Assembly (NCBI GenBank): GCA_964505725.1
Contig: CAZDJK010000002.1
Span: forward strand, 19,426 to 83,425
Origin: an uncultured Bifidobacteriaceae bacterium
GTDB lineage: Bacteria; Actinomycetota; Acidimicrobiia; IMCC26256; DASPTH01
Direction of reading: 5' to 3'
Length of the DNA stretch: 64,000 nucleotides
The translations under genes were made by a program, and so were the position numbers. Within the stretch, counting starts at the first letter, position 1. Every line of letters begins with the position of its first letter. The notes under the pieces were generated by a model. It ran no database searches. It was not told the origin of the DNA and saw only the letters and a program-made list of their open reading frames with translations. Of this stretch, positions 34,284-43,195 are shown in pieces.

Positions 34284-36088
34284 CGCCCGTTCCCGCCCGC
34301 GGTGGTGGCGTCGGCGGTCGCGTGCGCGAGCACCGAGCGGTAGAGGTCGGAGCGGGTGAGGAGCTCCTCGTGCGTACCCTGGTCGGCGGCGCGACCGCCG
34401 TGCAGGAGCACGACGCGATCGGCGAGCGCAATGGTCGCGGGCCGGTGGGCGATGATGAGCGTGGTCCGGCCCGCCATCACCTCGCGGAGCGCGGCGCGGA
34501 TCTCGTGCTCCTTGGTGGGGTCGACCGACGACGTCGCGTCGTCGAGGATGAGCACGCGGGGGTCGGCGATCACAGCCCGGGCGATGGCGATCCGCTGGCG
34601 TTGGCCGCCCGACAGCGAGAACCCGTGCTCGCCGACGATCGTGTCGTACCCGTCGGGCAGCGCGTCGATGAAGTCGGCGGCACCCGCCAAGCGCGTCGCC
34701 CGCCGGATGTCGTCCATCGACGCGTCGGCGTCGGCGAAAGCCAGGTTCTCGCGCACGGTGTCGGTGAAGAGGAACGTCTCCTCGAACACGATGCCGACGG
34801 CGCGCCGGAGCTCGTGCAGCGCGACGTCGCGCACGTCGACCCCGTCGATGCGGACGCAGCCGCGGTCGACGTCGTAGAAGCGCACCACGAGGCTGGCCGC
34901 GGTCGTCTTGCCGCTCGCGGTCGGGCCGACGAGGGCGACCGCCTCACCCGGCCGGAGCACGAGGTCGAGGCCGTCGAGCACGGGCGGGCCGTCGCCGTAC
35001 GAGAAGTGGACGCCCTCGAACGTGACCTCGCCTCCGGCGCCGGGCGGCAGCGGCACTCCGGGGGCGGGATCGGTGATCTCGGGCGCGGTGTCGAGGATCT
35101 CGGCCACCCGGCCCGCCGACACCGATGCGCGGGTCGCCTGTGCCACGAGCTGGCCGGCGAGTCGCAGCGGAACGACGAGCATGAGGATGTAGATGTTGAA
35201 CGCGATGAGCTGGCCGACCTCGAGGTCGCCGTCGATCACGAGGTGACCGCCGTACCAGAGGATCGCGATCAGCGAGAACGCGGGCAGCAGGTCGAGGAAG
35301 GGCAGGAAGCCCGCCCGCAGGTTGGCGGCGGCGATCGCCCGGTCCCACACCGAGTCGGCGCGGGCGTCGAGCAGCTCGACCTGACGGCTCTCCCCGCCGA
35401 AGCCCTTGACCACCCGCACACCGGCGATGCTCTCCTCGACCACGCCCGACAGCCCGCCCAGCTCCTCCTGGAGCGACGCGGCCACCGGGCCCATCCGGTG
35501 CGAGAACCGGGAGGCGAGGACGGTGAGCAGCGGCAACGAGCCGAGTGCGAGCACCGCGAGCACGGGGCTCGCGATCACCATCACCGTGGCGACCCCGGCA
35601 AGGATCAGGATGCTCGACAGGGTGATCGGCAGCATCATCAGCATCTGCGTGATCTGGAGCAGGTCCGTGTTCGCCCGGGAGATCAGCTGGCCGGTCTGTG
35701 CCTGGTCGTGGAACGCGAAGTGCAGACGCTGGAGGTGCGCGAACTGCATGTCGCGCAGGTCGGTCTCGACGCGGTACCCGAGGGCGAACGCGGTGAAGCG
35801 CCGCAGCGCGAAACCGGCGGCCTGCACGAGGCCGACGACGACGATCAGGATGGCGTACTTCAGCGTCGCGTCGCCGTCGTGGGCGACGATGCCCTGGTCG
35901 ACCGCGGCGGCGGCCAGCAGCGGGATGGTCAGACGGGCGCCGGTCCACAGCACCGCGGCGAGCACGCCGAGCCCGAGGAAGCCCTTCCTCCGGCGGAGCA
36001 CCTGGGCGAGCAGCCGCCAGCCACGGCGCCGGAGCGCGCGCTGCCCGGATCGCTCGGCAGCGCGCTCACCCTCCTCCACGCGGGCCAC
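34280..36088 (-). CDS. ABC exporter, fused transmembrane and ATP-binding domains (heterodimer partner A)
   Basis: 602 aa. GPTASGKTTAASLVVRFYD, LSGGQRQRIAIARAVI, LILDDATSSVD. 4-nt overlap with the downstream partner. Confidence 0.9.
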   Translation of the reverse strand: MARVEEGERAAERSGQRALRRRGWRLLAQVLRRRKGFLGLGVLAAVLWTGARLTIPLLAAAAVDQGIVAHDGDATLKYAILIVVVGLVQAAGFALRRFTAFALGYRVETDLRDMQFAHLQRLHFAFHDQAQTGQLISRANTDLLQITQMLMMLPITLSSILILAGVATVMVIASPVLAVLALGSLPLLTVLASRFSHRMGPVAASLQEELGGLSGVVEESIAGVRVVKGFGGESRQVELLDARADSVWDRAIAAANLRAGFLPFLDLLPAFSLIAILWYGGHLVIDGDLEVGQLIAFNIYILMLVVPLRLAGQLVAQATRASVSAGRVAEILDTAPEITDPAPGVPLPPGAGGEVTFEGVHFSYGDGPPVLDGLDLVLRPGEAVALVGPTASGKTTAASLVVRFYDVDRGCVRIDGVDVRDVALHELRRAVGIVFEETFLFTDTVRENLAFADADASMDDIRRATRLAGAADFIDALPDGYDTIVGEHGFSLSGGQRQRIAIARAVIADPRVLILDDATSSVDPTKEHEIRAALREVMAGRTTLIIAHRPATIALADRVVLLHGGRAADQGTHEELLTRSDLYRSVLAHATADATTAGGNGR

Positions 36089-36137
36089 TCCCCCCGGGTC
36101 GCGGAAAGCTCGACACTACCTGGACCCCCGCGCGGGC

Positions 36138-37367
36138 TCAGAAGTCGGTCGCGCACCAGGGCGCCGGGTGCGCACCGAACAGGCGATCGGCGCGCGCGAG
36201 CGTGCCGCCGGTGCACTCGCGTATGCGGCCGGCCCGGGCGAGCGTCGTGGGCGCCACGCCGCCCAGGTAGACGGACCCGAGCGCGGCGACGTCGAGCTCG
36301 AGGTCGGCCGGCCGGCTCGTGCGCTCGACCGTCGCGTACGTGCCCGAAGTCGCGAGCGCCCACCGGCCGTCGTTCTGCGGGCGGAAGCTGTCGGTCAGCT
36401 CCAGCACGAGCTCGTCGTCGACCGCGTACCGCCGGCCCTGCAACGCGGCGACCGGATCGACGATCCGCACCCAGAGGTGGTCGTTGACGTGGTCCACGTG
36501 CAGCCGCCGCGGGTCGCGGAGGCGCCAGCGCAGCGCCTCGTCGGTCGGGCGCCCACCCGACCGGATCGTCTTCACCAGGTCGATGCTCAAGAGGAACTGC
36601 CAGAGCGCCGCCTCCACCTCCCCGTCACGGGCCTCCACCTGTGACACGAGCACGGTGTTGTCGGCATGGTGCTGGTCGAACGACGCGATGATGCGGTAGA
36701 GCGCGAAGCCGTCGGCGGGCCCGCGGGCGGCCTCGTGCAGCACCGCGAACAGCCCCGAGCCCTGGCGGCGGTTGTGCCGGCGGTCGGCGAACACCGCGTC
36801 CCACACCCCCTCGTTCCGGGTGACCTCGCCCACACGCGTGCGACGGACCTCGTCGTACAGCCCCGGGACGACGCCGCTCGCCTCCTCCAGCGACACCAGG
36901 CGCATGTCGCCCCCCGGAGCGGCCGGGTGGGCAAGCTCGAGGTGCTCGGTGCGCGCGTGCCACCACGATGTGAACGTGGCGATCCCGTAGCCGAACCGCT
37001 CGTAGATGGCACCCTCCGACGCGGTGAGCACCGCGACCGGCTCACCGCGCTCGGCCACGTCGTCGAGCTGGTGCTCCATCATGGTGGTCAGGAGCCCACG
37101 CCGGCGGTGCGTCGCGCGCACGCTGACCATGGTGACGCCTGCGGCCGGCACCGCGGCGGGGCCGGGCACCGTGAGCTCGAAGGTGTAGGCACCCGCGGTG
37201 CCGACGATCTCGGTCCCGTCGAAGAGCGCGATCCACCGGTCGAGCTCGGCGCTCGCGCGCACCTCCGCCACCTCGGCCTCGCCCGCCTGGTAGCCGAACG
37301 CGTTCGAGACGGCGCGCGCGAATGCCGGGTGCTCGCCGTCGGTGATCGGGCGTAGCTCGATGTCCAC
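36138..37367 (-). CDS. GNAT family N-acetyltransferase, Eis-like (GNAT + SCP2-like C-terminus)
   Basis: MDIELRPITDGEHPAFARAVSNAFGY...VSVRATHRRRGLLTTMMEHQLDDVAERGEPVAVLTASEGAIYERFGYG...LELDVAALGSVYLGG. Confidence 0.85.
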   Translation of the reverse strand: MDIELRPITDGEHPAFARAVSNAFGYQAGEAEVAEVRASAELDRWIALFDGTEIVGTAGAYTFELTVPGPAAVPAAGVTMVSVRATHRRRGLLTTMMEHQLDDVAERGEPVAVLTASEGAIYERFGYGIATFTSWWHARTEHLELAHPAAPGGDMRLVSLEEASGVVPGLYDEVRRTRVGEVTRNEGVWDAVFADRRHNRRQGSGLFAVLHEAARGPADGFALYRIIASFDQHHADNTVLVSQVEARDGEVEAALWQFLLSIDLVKTIRSGGRPTDEALRWRLRDPRRLHVDHVNDHLWVRIVDPVAALQGRRYAVDDELVLELTDSFRPQNDGRWALATSGTYATVERTSRPADLELDVAALGSVYLGGVAPTTLARAGRIRECTGGTLARADRLFGAHPAPWCATDF

Positions 37368-37451
37368 GCCCGCAGTCTGGCCGCGCCGCTCGGCGCCGTT
37401 CCACGGCTTATTCGCGGGCCGCGCCGATCCGACGCCTTCCGTTCGGGGCGC

Positions 37452-37994
37452 TCAGGAGACCTGCCCGCCCGACGAGGCACCGCCCGAGCCGTAGCCCGGC
37501 AGCGCTTCGATCTGCTGCTGCAGCTGCGCGAGCACCGCGTTGTACTGGTCGACGAGCGCGTTGGCCCGGTCGATCGTCGCGTCGTAGTCCGCCGCGCTGC
37601 CGCTGACGCCGAAGCGCTCGACGTCGGGCTCCACCGCCATGTCCTGGCCGGCCAGCGACACCAGGTTCGTGGCGGTGCCGATGGGCACCGCGACCTGCTG
37701 CCCGAGCGTCTTGGCGGCGTTCGTGGTCGAGGCGAGCTCGCGCTCGAGCGAGCTGGTCTCCCGCCGCTGCGCGCGCAGGCGCGTCTCCGCGTGCGACCGG
37801 TCCTGCCCCGCGCGGTCGTGCCGGTCATGGCCGACGACCACGACGGCGGCGGCGCCGACGAGGAGTGCGCTCGCCACCGCGAGCGCGGCGACCCACTTGC
37901 GCGAGACCTTCCGCCGCGGGGACGGCGCCTCGGAGATCGGCGGCTCGGAGATCGGCGCCTCGGGGCCGGGGTCGGTGGCCGTCTCGTCATCCAT
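37452..37994 (-). CDS. Single-pass membrane-anchored protein with an extracytoplasmic coiled-coil-like domain
   Basis: Acidic/Pro-rich N-tail with a PISEPPISEAP repeat. TM segment WVAALAVASALLVGAAAVVVV, then a helical region. 8-nt overlap with the upstream paralog-like gene. Confidence 0.6.
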   Translation of the reverse strand: MDDETATDPGPEAPISEPPISEAPSPRRKVSRKWVAALAVASALLVGAAAVVVVGHDRHDRAGQDRSHAETRLRAQRRETSSLERELASTTNAAKTLGQQVAVPIGTATNLVSLAGQDMAVEPDVERFGVSGSAADYDATIDRANALVDQYNAVLAQLQQQIEALPGYGSGGASSGGQVS

Positions 37995-38493
37995 CGACGT
38001 GCTCCAGTGCCTGCACGGCGTTCCCGGCGTCGGTGAGCGCCTGGTGCACCGCGGTCGTCTTCTGGGTGAGGTCGTTCAGCGCCGACTGGCCGTCGTTGGC
38101 GAAGACGGCGGAGGCGCCGTTCGGGTCGCCGTTGTTGGAGAGGTCGACCCCGTGGTTCTGGACTTCGACCATGTGGTTCTGCGACGTGCCCGCGGCGTCC
38201 AGCGCGGCGCCGAGCGCGTCGAGCGTGGACTCGGCCCGCGTGACGGCCGCGTGCACCGCGTGCAGCTGCCGCCGTGCCGTGCCGGCGCGCGCAGCCGACC
38301 GGTGGCGAGCGGCGTCGAGGCCGGCGGCGGTGTCGCGTGCGTCCGACGCGGCCGAGATCTCCCGCCACGCCACGACCGACAACGCGACCGCGGCCACGAG
38401 GAGCACGCAGGTGACCACCGCGACGACGGAGTTGGCGCGGGGCCGGGCTGCGGGCGACTCGTCAGCGGGTACGGGCGGTTCGACGCCGGTCAT
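37987..38493 (-). CDS. Single-pass membrane-anchored protein with an extracytoplasmic coiled-coil-like domain
   Basis: N-tail, TM segment VVAVVTCVLLVAAVALSVVAW, then an Ala/Asp/Thr-rich helical region. Same architecture as the downstream gene. Confidence 0.6.
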   Translation of the reverse strand: MTGVEPPVPADESPAARPRANSVVAVVTCVLLVAAVALSVVAWREISAASDARDTAAGLDAARHRSAARAGTARRQLHAVHAAVTRAESTLDALGAALDAAGTSQNHMVEVQNHGVDLSNNGDPNGASAVFANDGQSALNDLTQKTTAVHQALTDAGNAVQALEHVDG

Positions 38494-38535
38494 GCGGCCA
38501 TGGTCGCATCGACGGGGACTGCCCGGTAGGACGAA

Positions 38536-38573
38536 AGAGTGCTGTTACCCGCGCCCCCGGGTAACAGCACTCT
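38536..38573 (-). terminator. Perfect 16-bp stem / 6-nt loop hairpin
   Basis: AGAGTGCTGTTACCCG-cgcccc-CGGGTAACAGCACTCT. It lies between the HtrA stop (38644) and the next minus-strand start (38493). On the minus strand it is followed by TTCGTCC. Confidence 0.5.
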
Positions 38574-38599
38574 GACCTCGTGGGTAGAGAAAGCTCATC

Positions 38600-38634
38600 G
38601 CGCTCTGGCTTCATCCCAGCGCAAGCCAGAGCGC
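38600..38634 (-). terminator. Perfect 12-bp stem / 11-nt loop hairpin just downstream of the HtrA-like gene
   Basis: GCGCTCTGGCTT (38600-38611) pairs with AAGCCAGAGCGC (38623-38634). On the minus strand it is followed by ...GCTTTCTCT. Confidence 0.45.
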
Positions 38635-38643
38635 AACGAGGTC

Positions 38644-39867
38644 TCACGCGGGAGGACCTGCCACCAGCACGACGGTCGCCGTGTTCTGCTGGCCCGATGC
38701 GTCGGTCCACCCGACCTTCACGGAGTCGCCTGCGTGCAGCGAACCCAGGGCCGCGCTCATGTCGTCGGTCGAGCCGACGGACTTGCCGTTGATCGAGGTG
38801 ATCGTGTCGCCCTCGGCCAGGCCCGCCTGGTCGGCGGGGCTGCCCGCCTCGACGCCCGCCACCTGCACGCCGCCGGTGCTCGGCGCAGAGGCGCCGGCGC
38901 CGGACACGTTGTCCGAACCGTTGCCGGACCCGAGGCCGCCGAGGTCGCCGAAGGCGCCGCCGAATCCGCCGAGTCCGCCGAGGTCACCGGGAGCAGCGGC
39001 CGTCGCGGTGTCCTGGACCTGCACGCCGAGGATCGCGCGGTCGCCGATGTGCACGTTCGCGCTCGACTGGCCCGCTTCGATCTGGTGCGCGATCGCGAGT
39101 GCCTTGTCGATCGGGATCGCGAACCCGGCGGTCGCCGGCGCGTCCTGCGACTGGCCGTCGGACGAGCCGGCGCTGTTCATCCCGACCACCTGCCCGTCGG
39201 CGTTCACGAGCGGGCCGCCCGAGTCGCCGGGCTGGATCGGCGCGTCGGTCTGGATCACGCCGGTCAGGGTCTCGGCGTTGCCGCCCGACTCGTCGGACGC
39301 GGTGATGGTCTGGTCGAGCGCGGTGACGGTCCCTTCCGCGGTCTGGGGCGCGCCGCCCTTGCCGAGCGCGTTGCCGAGCGCGAGCACGGGGTCGCCCTGC
39401 GACAGCGAGGACGAGTCGCCGGTGGTGACCGGGTGGAGCGAAGGCGCACCCTCGACCTGGATGAGCGCCACGTCGTCGGCGGCGTCGTAGCCGAGCACCG
39501 TCGCGTCGTAGCTGGGCCCGGCGCCCGACACCTGCACCTTGATGCTGGTGGCGCCGTCGATGACGTGGTTGTTCGTGAGCACCTCGCCCGAGGACGTGAG
39601 CACGATGCCCGTCCCCGCGGCGGCGCCGTTCGAAAGGGTCGTGTTGATGTCGACGATCCCGGGATCGACCTTGGCGGCGATCGCGGCCACGTCGAGCCCG
39701 CCAGTGGCGGAGGGCGCGGCGAACGCGGGCGTCGCGACGAGGGCGGTGCCGGCGAGGAGCGCGCTCATCGCGAGCGCGCGGGGCGCGTGCCGGCGGAGCT
39801 TGCGGGAGTCGGAACTCGTTCGGGTACGGGCACGCACGTCGGCATCTCCTTGGTCTGTGGGCGACAT
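38644..39867 (-). CDS. Trypsin-like serine protease with C-terminal PDZ domain (HtrA/DegP family, S1C)
   Basis: ATG 39867. Signal-like RKLRRHAPRALAMSALLAGTALVATPAFA. GTGIVLTSSGEVLTNNHVIDGA (His), DVALIQV (Asp), PGDSGGPLVN (Ser). PDZ: GVQVAGVEAGSPADQAGLAEGDTITSINGKSV. Confidence 0.9.
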   Translation of the reverse strand: MSPTDQGDADVRARTRTSSDSRKLRRHAPRALAMSALLAGTALVATPAFAAPSATGGLDVAAIAAKVDPGIVDINTTLSNGAAAGTGIVLTSSGEVLTNNHVIDGATSIKVQVSGAGPSYDATVLGYDAADDVALIQVEGAPSLHPVTTGDSSSLSQGDPVLALGNALGKGGAPQTAEGTVTALDQTITASDESGGNAETLTGVIQTDAPIQPGDSGGPLVNADGQVVGMNSAGSSDGQSQDAPATAGFAIPIDKALAIAHQIEAGQSSANVHIGDRAILGVQVQDTATAAAPGDLGGLGGFGGAFGDLGGLGSGNGSDNVSGAGASAPSTGGVQVAGVEAGSPADQAGLAEGDTITSINGKSVGSTDDMSAALGSLHAGDSVKVGWTDASGQQNTATVVLVAGPPA

Positions 39868-39978
39868 TCGTGCAACGACCGGCCCGCGAGCGCCGTTCCG
39901 CGACGCGGAGCGCGGCTTCACAGGCGGCGCTCAGCATCCGGCGTACGGCGCCGCGCGTCGGGGTGGGAGACTCGGGCG

Positions 39979-41085
39979 GTGGAGCTGCACACGGAGCGGC
40001 GCACGCCGGAGGGCGGCCATCGGCTGACCGCCTCGGCCGGTGACGAGAGCATCGCGGTGCTGGACGTCACTCCGGTGACCGACGGCACCACGGTCGTCAC
40101 CGTGTCCACGACCGACGGCGTGGGCCGCGCCGAGGCGCGCGACCTCGTCGGCGCGATCTCGTCCCTGGGCACGGGCGCGCCGACGTACGTCGACGTGAGC
40201 GACGCGTTGGTGCGCGACGCCGCGCGCGCGGTCGGGTATGTCGGCGGTCTGCGCGCGCCGTTGGTCGCGCCCACCCCCGGCGCTCCCGCGGTGCGCGTCT
40301 CCGGAACCGACGTCACCGACCGGGTCGTCGGGGAGGTGGCGCGGCTCCTCCCCTACGCGTCGGTGAGGCTTCGCGCGAGGCGTCGGCTGCTCGACATCGA
40401 AGCGACGGTTGCCGGGCGCCCGCGCGGCACCGGTGCGATACGGGTGCAGGCGCCGGAGCGCACCGACCTGATGGCGGAGCCCCTCGCGGAGGCGCTCGAC
40501 ACCGCGCTCGGGATCAAGTGGCGGTTCGGGCGCGTCGCGCGGGGAATCGGCGTCGCGTGCTTCGGCGGCGAGGGCTTCGGCAGCGGGAGGCGGGTGGGCT
40601 ACGCGTGGTCCTCCACCCGGTACGTGTTCCTCACGCCCCACTACGTCCTCGCCGACGAGCTCGAGCGTGCACGCCGAGCGCGCGCCGAACGGAACGGCGG
40701 GGTGCTGCGCCGGGTGTCGGCCGACGTGCCGCGACCGTTCACCGACGTCGATGCCACCACCGCTCACGAGATGTGGCACCAGCTCGACGGCGCCATCGGC
40801 GCGTCGGGCGGGCGCTACACGGAGCTCAACCGCGCGCTCGGCGTCGAGCTCGGCGTCGCGACGTTCGAGCACGCGCTGCGAGGCGGCGAACCGAGCGCAC
40901 CACCCGAGTGGAAGGCGGCGCACGCGCGCATCGAGCACGAGGTGTCGGCGTACGCGACGACCAGCCAACGCGAGGCGACGGCAGAGATGTTCAAGCTCTG
41001 GTGGTGCTCGAACGGCAACCCGTCCCCGCTCGTCGCGCGTTTCGGAGCGCTGGTCGACCGGTTCCTCCCGCCGGACCCCCAGTGA
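39979..41085 (+). CDS. Hypothetical protein with an HExxH zincin-like motif
   Basis: GTG 39979, the C-terminal part of track ORF 38539..41085. TAHEMWHQLD followed about 65 aa later by EVSAYATTSQREATAEMF (possible third ligand Glu). No family recognised. Confidence 0.65.
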   Translation: MELHTERRTPEGGHRLTASAGDESIAVLDVTPVTDGTTVVTVSTTDGVGRAEARDLVGAISSLGTGAPTYVDVSDALVRDAARAVGYVGGLRAPLVAPTPGAPAVRVSGTDVTDRVVGEVARLLPYASVRLRARRRLLDIEATVAGRPRGTGAIRVQAPERTDLMAEPLAEALDTALGIKWRFGRVARGIGVACFGGEGFGSGRRVGYAWSSTRYVFLTPHYVLADELERARRARAERNGGVLRRVSADVPRPFTDVDATTAHEMWHQLDGAIGASGGRYTELNRALGVELGVATFEHALRGGEPSAPPEWKAAHARIEHEVSAYATTSQREATAEMFKLWWCSNGNPSPLVARFGALVDRFLPPDPQ

Positions 41086-41591
41086 CCGTCGCATCGCCCT
41101 GGGTGCGCCGCTTCGCGGCCCTCGCGCCCGCGGGCTCGCCGGTGCTCGACGTCGCATGCGGCGGTGGACGCCATTCGCGGTGGTTCCTCGCCCACGGGCA
41201 CGCGGTCGTGGCGATCGACCGTGACCTGTCGCAGGTGGCCGATCTCGCAGGTACGCCCGGGTTCGAGACCGTCGAGGCCGACCTCGAGTGCGGCGACCGG
41301 TTCCCCGTCGCGGGACGGCGATTCGGGGGCGTGGTGGTCACCAACTACCTGCACCGGCCGCTCCTCCCCGATCTGGTGGACGCGGTCGCGCCCGGCGGCG
41401 CGCTCCTCTACGAGACCTTCGCGGTGGGCAACGAGCGGTTCGGCCGGCCCCACAACCCCGACTTCCTCCTGCGGCCGGGTGAGCTGCTCGATGCCGTGCG
41501 GGACTCGCTCCGCGTCGTCGCGTACGAAGACGTCGTCGTCGACGAGCCGTGCCCGGCCGCGGTCCAGCGCATCGCCGCGGTGCGCACGTGA
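41082..41591 (+). CDS. Class I SAM-dependent methyltransferase
   Basis: GTG 41082 overlaps the upstream stop (GTGA). VLDVACGGGRHSRWFLAHGHAVVAIDRD (motif I), VVVTNYLHRPLL, PGGALLYETF. Confidence 0.85.
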   Translation: MTVASPWVRRFAALAPAGSPVLDVACGGGRHSRWFLAHGHAVVAIDRDLSQVADLAGTPGFETVEADLECGDRFPVAGRRFGGVVVTNYLHRPLLPDLVDAVAPGGALLYETFAVGNERFGRPHNPDFLLRPGELLDAVRDSLRVVAYEDVVVDEPCPAAVQRIAAVRT

Positions 41592-42070
41592 AGACGCTCC
41601 ACCTCCTCCGCCACGCGAAGTCGGATTGGTCCGACTCGGCGCTCGACGACCGCGACCGGCCGCTCAACCCCCGGGGCAAGCGGGCGCGGCGCCTGCTCGC
41701 CGCGCACGTCGAAGGGTGGCCCGTGGATCTCGTCGTGTGCTCGACCGCGCGCCGGGCTCGCCAGACCGCGGCCCCGGTGGTCCGCACCCTGGGCTGCCCG
41801 CTCGAGCTGCGGGACTCGCTCTACGGCACCGACGCCCACGAGCTGTTGTCGGAGGTGCGCGTGCTCCCCGACTCGGCCGCCTCCGTGATGCTCGTGGGCC
41901 ACAACCCCGCGACCGAGCAGCTGTCGGAGCTCCTCACCGGCGTCGACTCGCGGTACCCGACGGCCGCGCTCGGGAGCATCGGCCTGACCGTCGACCGGTG
42001 GGCCGACGTGGCGCCGGGCGCGGGCACCCTCCGCTCCCTCTACGTCGCTCGCGACGAGGATCCCGACTAG
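41588..42070 (+). CDS. Histidine phosphatase family protein (SixA-like)
   Basis: GTG 41588 overlaps the upstream stop (GTGA). VKTLHLLRHAKSDWSDSALDDRDRPLNPRGKRAR...MLVGHNP. Confidence 0.85.
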   Translation: MKTLHLLRHAKSDWSDSALDDRDRPLNPRGKRARRLLAAHVEGWPVDLVVCSTARRARQTAAPVVRTLGCPLELRDSLYGTDAHELLSEVRVLPDSAASVMLVGHNPATEQLSELLTGVDSRYPTAALGSIGLTVDRWADVAPGAGTLRSLYVARDEDPD

Positions 42071-42083
42071 CCGGACGCCGTGT

Positions 42084-42242
42084 TCAGTCGAGCGCGAGCT
42101 CGAGCAGGCCGCCGAGGATCGCCAGGTTCTTCAACCTGTGCGTGGTCTGCCGCGCGCGCGCCGCCGGGTCGGTCTCGTCCCACCGCACATCGCGGGCCCG
42201 TGCTCGCACGACGGACGTTTCGCTCGTCGCCCGTCCGGGCAT
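42084..42242 (-). CDS. Candidate 52-aa small ORF antisense-oriented between the phosphatase and PiT genes
   Basis: Below the ORF-track size cutoff. My translation: MPGRATSETSVVRARARDVRWDETDPAARARQTTHRLKNLAILGGLLELALD. About 90% G/C at third positions, but no obvious SD and no recognised family. Confidence 0.3.
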   Translation of the reverse strand: MPGRATSETSVVRARARDVRWDETDPAARARQTTHRLKNLAILGGLLELALD

Positions 42243-42250
42243 CCAAGGTG

Positions 42251-43195
42251 ATGACTGTCTATCTCATCGCCGCGATCGCGTTCGCCGTCGCGTGCGGCGT
42301 GAACGACGGCGGCGCGCTGGTGGCCCTGAGCCTCCGGGTTCCGGTCCTGCGCCCGCTCACCGCGGTTCTGGTCCTGTCGACGTTCGTCGCCGTCGTGCCG
42401 CTCGTGCTCGGGACGCGCGTCGCGTCCACGTTGACCAGCCACATCGTGGCGTTCACCGGTGCCGACGGCCGGGTCGCGACGGTCGTCGCGGTCGTCGCAA
42501 CGCTCGGCATCGTGTCCACCCTCGCGCGACTGCGGGTGCCGACGAGCCTCTCTCTTGCGCTCATCGGCGCCATGGTCGGGAGCGGGCTCGGCTTCGGGTT
42601 CCCGGTGTCGTGGTCGACGACCGGCTTGGTGATGGCCTTCGGGATCGTCGGGCCGTTCGTGGGCGCGGCACTGGCGCTCGCGCTGATCGTCGCGTTCGCA
42701 GCCGCACCCGCAGGGCCGCGCGTGACCCGTCGGCTCCACGTCGTCGGGTACGGCGCCGAGTGCGTCGCGTACGGCGCCAACGACGGGCAGCGGATGTTGG
42801 CGGTGTTCGCGCTGGCCGTCGTGGGTGCGAGCCGGGTGGCGCTCCCGGTGTGGCAGCTCGCGATCATCGCGGCGTCGTTCTCGATCGGGGCGATGGTCGG
42901 GCTGTTCCGCTATTCAGGGACGCTCGGCGGGGACCTCGCGCCCATGCGTCCTCACGACGGCGCGGTCGCCGAGATGGGCGGCGCGGGCGCGTCGTTCGCC
43001 GGCGTGGTCCTGGGCGCCCCATTGAGCATGACGCAGGCGATCACGGGTGGTCTCGTGGGCGCCGCGACCCCGCGCGGTTGGAAGCGCGTGCGGTGGGCGC
43101 GTACGAGCCGGGTCGGGATCGCGTGGCTCGCCACGCTCCCGGCCGCGCTCCTCGCGGGGGCTGCACTCGGGCTCGCCGTCCACTCGGTCGTATGA
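42251..43195 (+). CDS. Inorganic phosphate transporter, PiT family
   Basis: ATG 42251. MTVYLIAAIAFAVACGVNDGGALVA... and a second half YGANDGQRMLAVF. About 9-10 TM segments. The first 57 codons of the track ORF look non-coding. Confidence 0.85.
   Translation: MTVYLIAAIAFAVACGVNDGGALVALSLRVPVLRPLTAVLVLSTFVAVVPLVLGTRVASTLTSHIVAFTGADGRVATVVAVVATLGIVSTLARLRVPTSLSLALIGAMVGSGLGFGFPVSWSTTGLVMAFGIVGPFVGAALALALIVAFAAAPAGPRVTRRLHVVGYGAECVAYGANDGQRMLAVFALAVVGASRVALPVWQLAIIAASFSIGAMVGLFRYSGTLGGDLAPMRPHDGAVAEMGGAGASFAGVVLGAPLSMTQAITGGLVGAATPRGWKRVRWARTSRVGIAWLATLPAALLAGAALGLAVHSVV

Noticed and set aside
42080-42250. The N-terminal 57 codons of track ORF 42080..43195 as part of the PiT transporter.
   Set aside because: That stretch (MFSRARARAGRRGSPGSS...) is Arg/Ser/Pro junk. 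The hydrophobic PiT N-terminus with the GVNDGG motif begins at ATG 42251.
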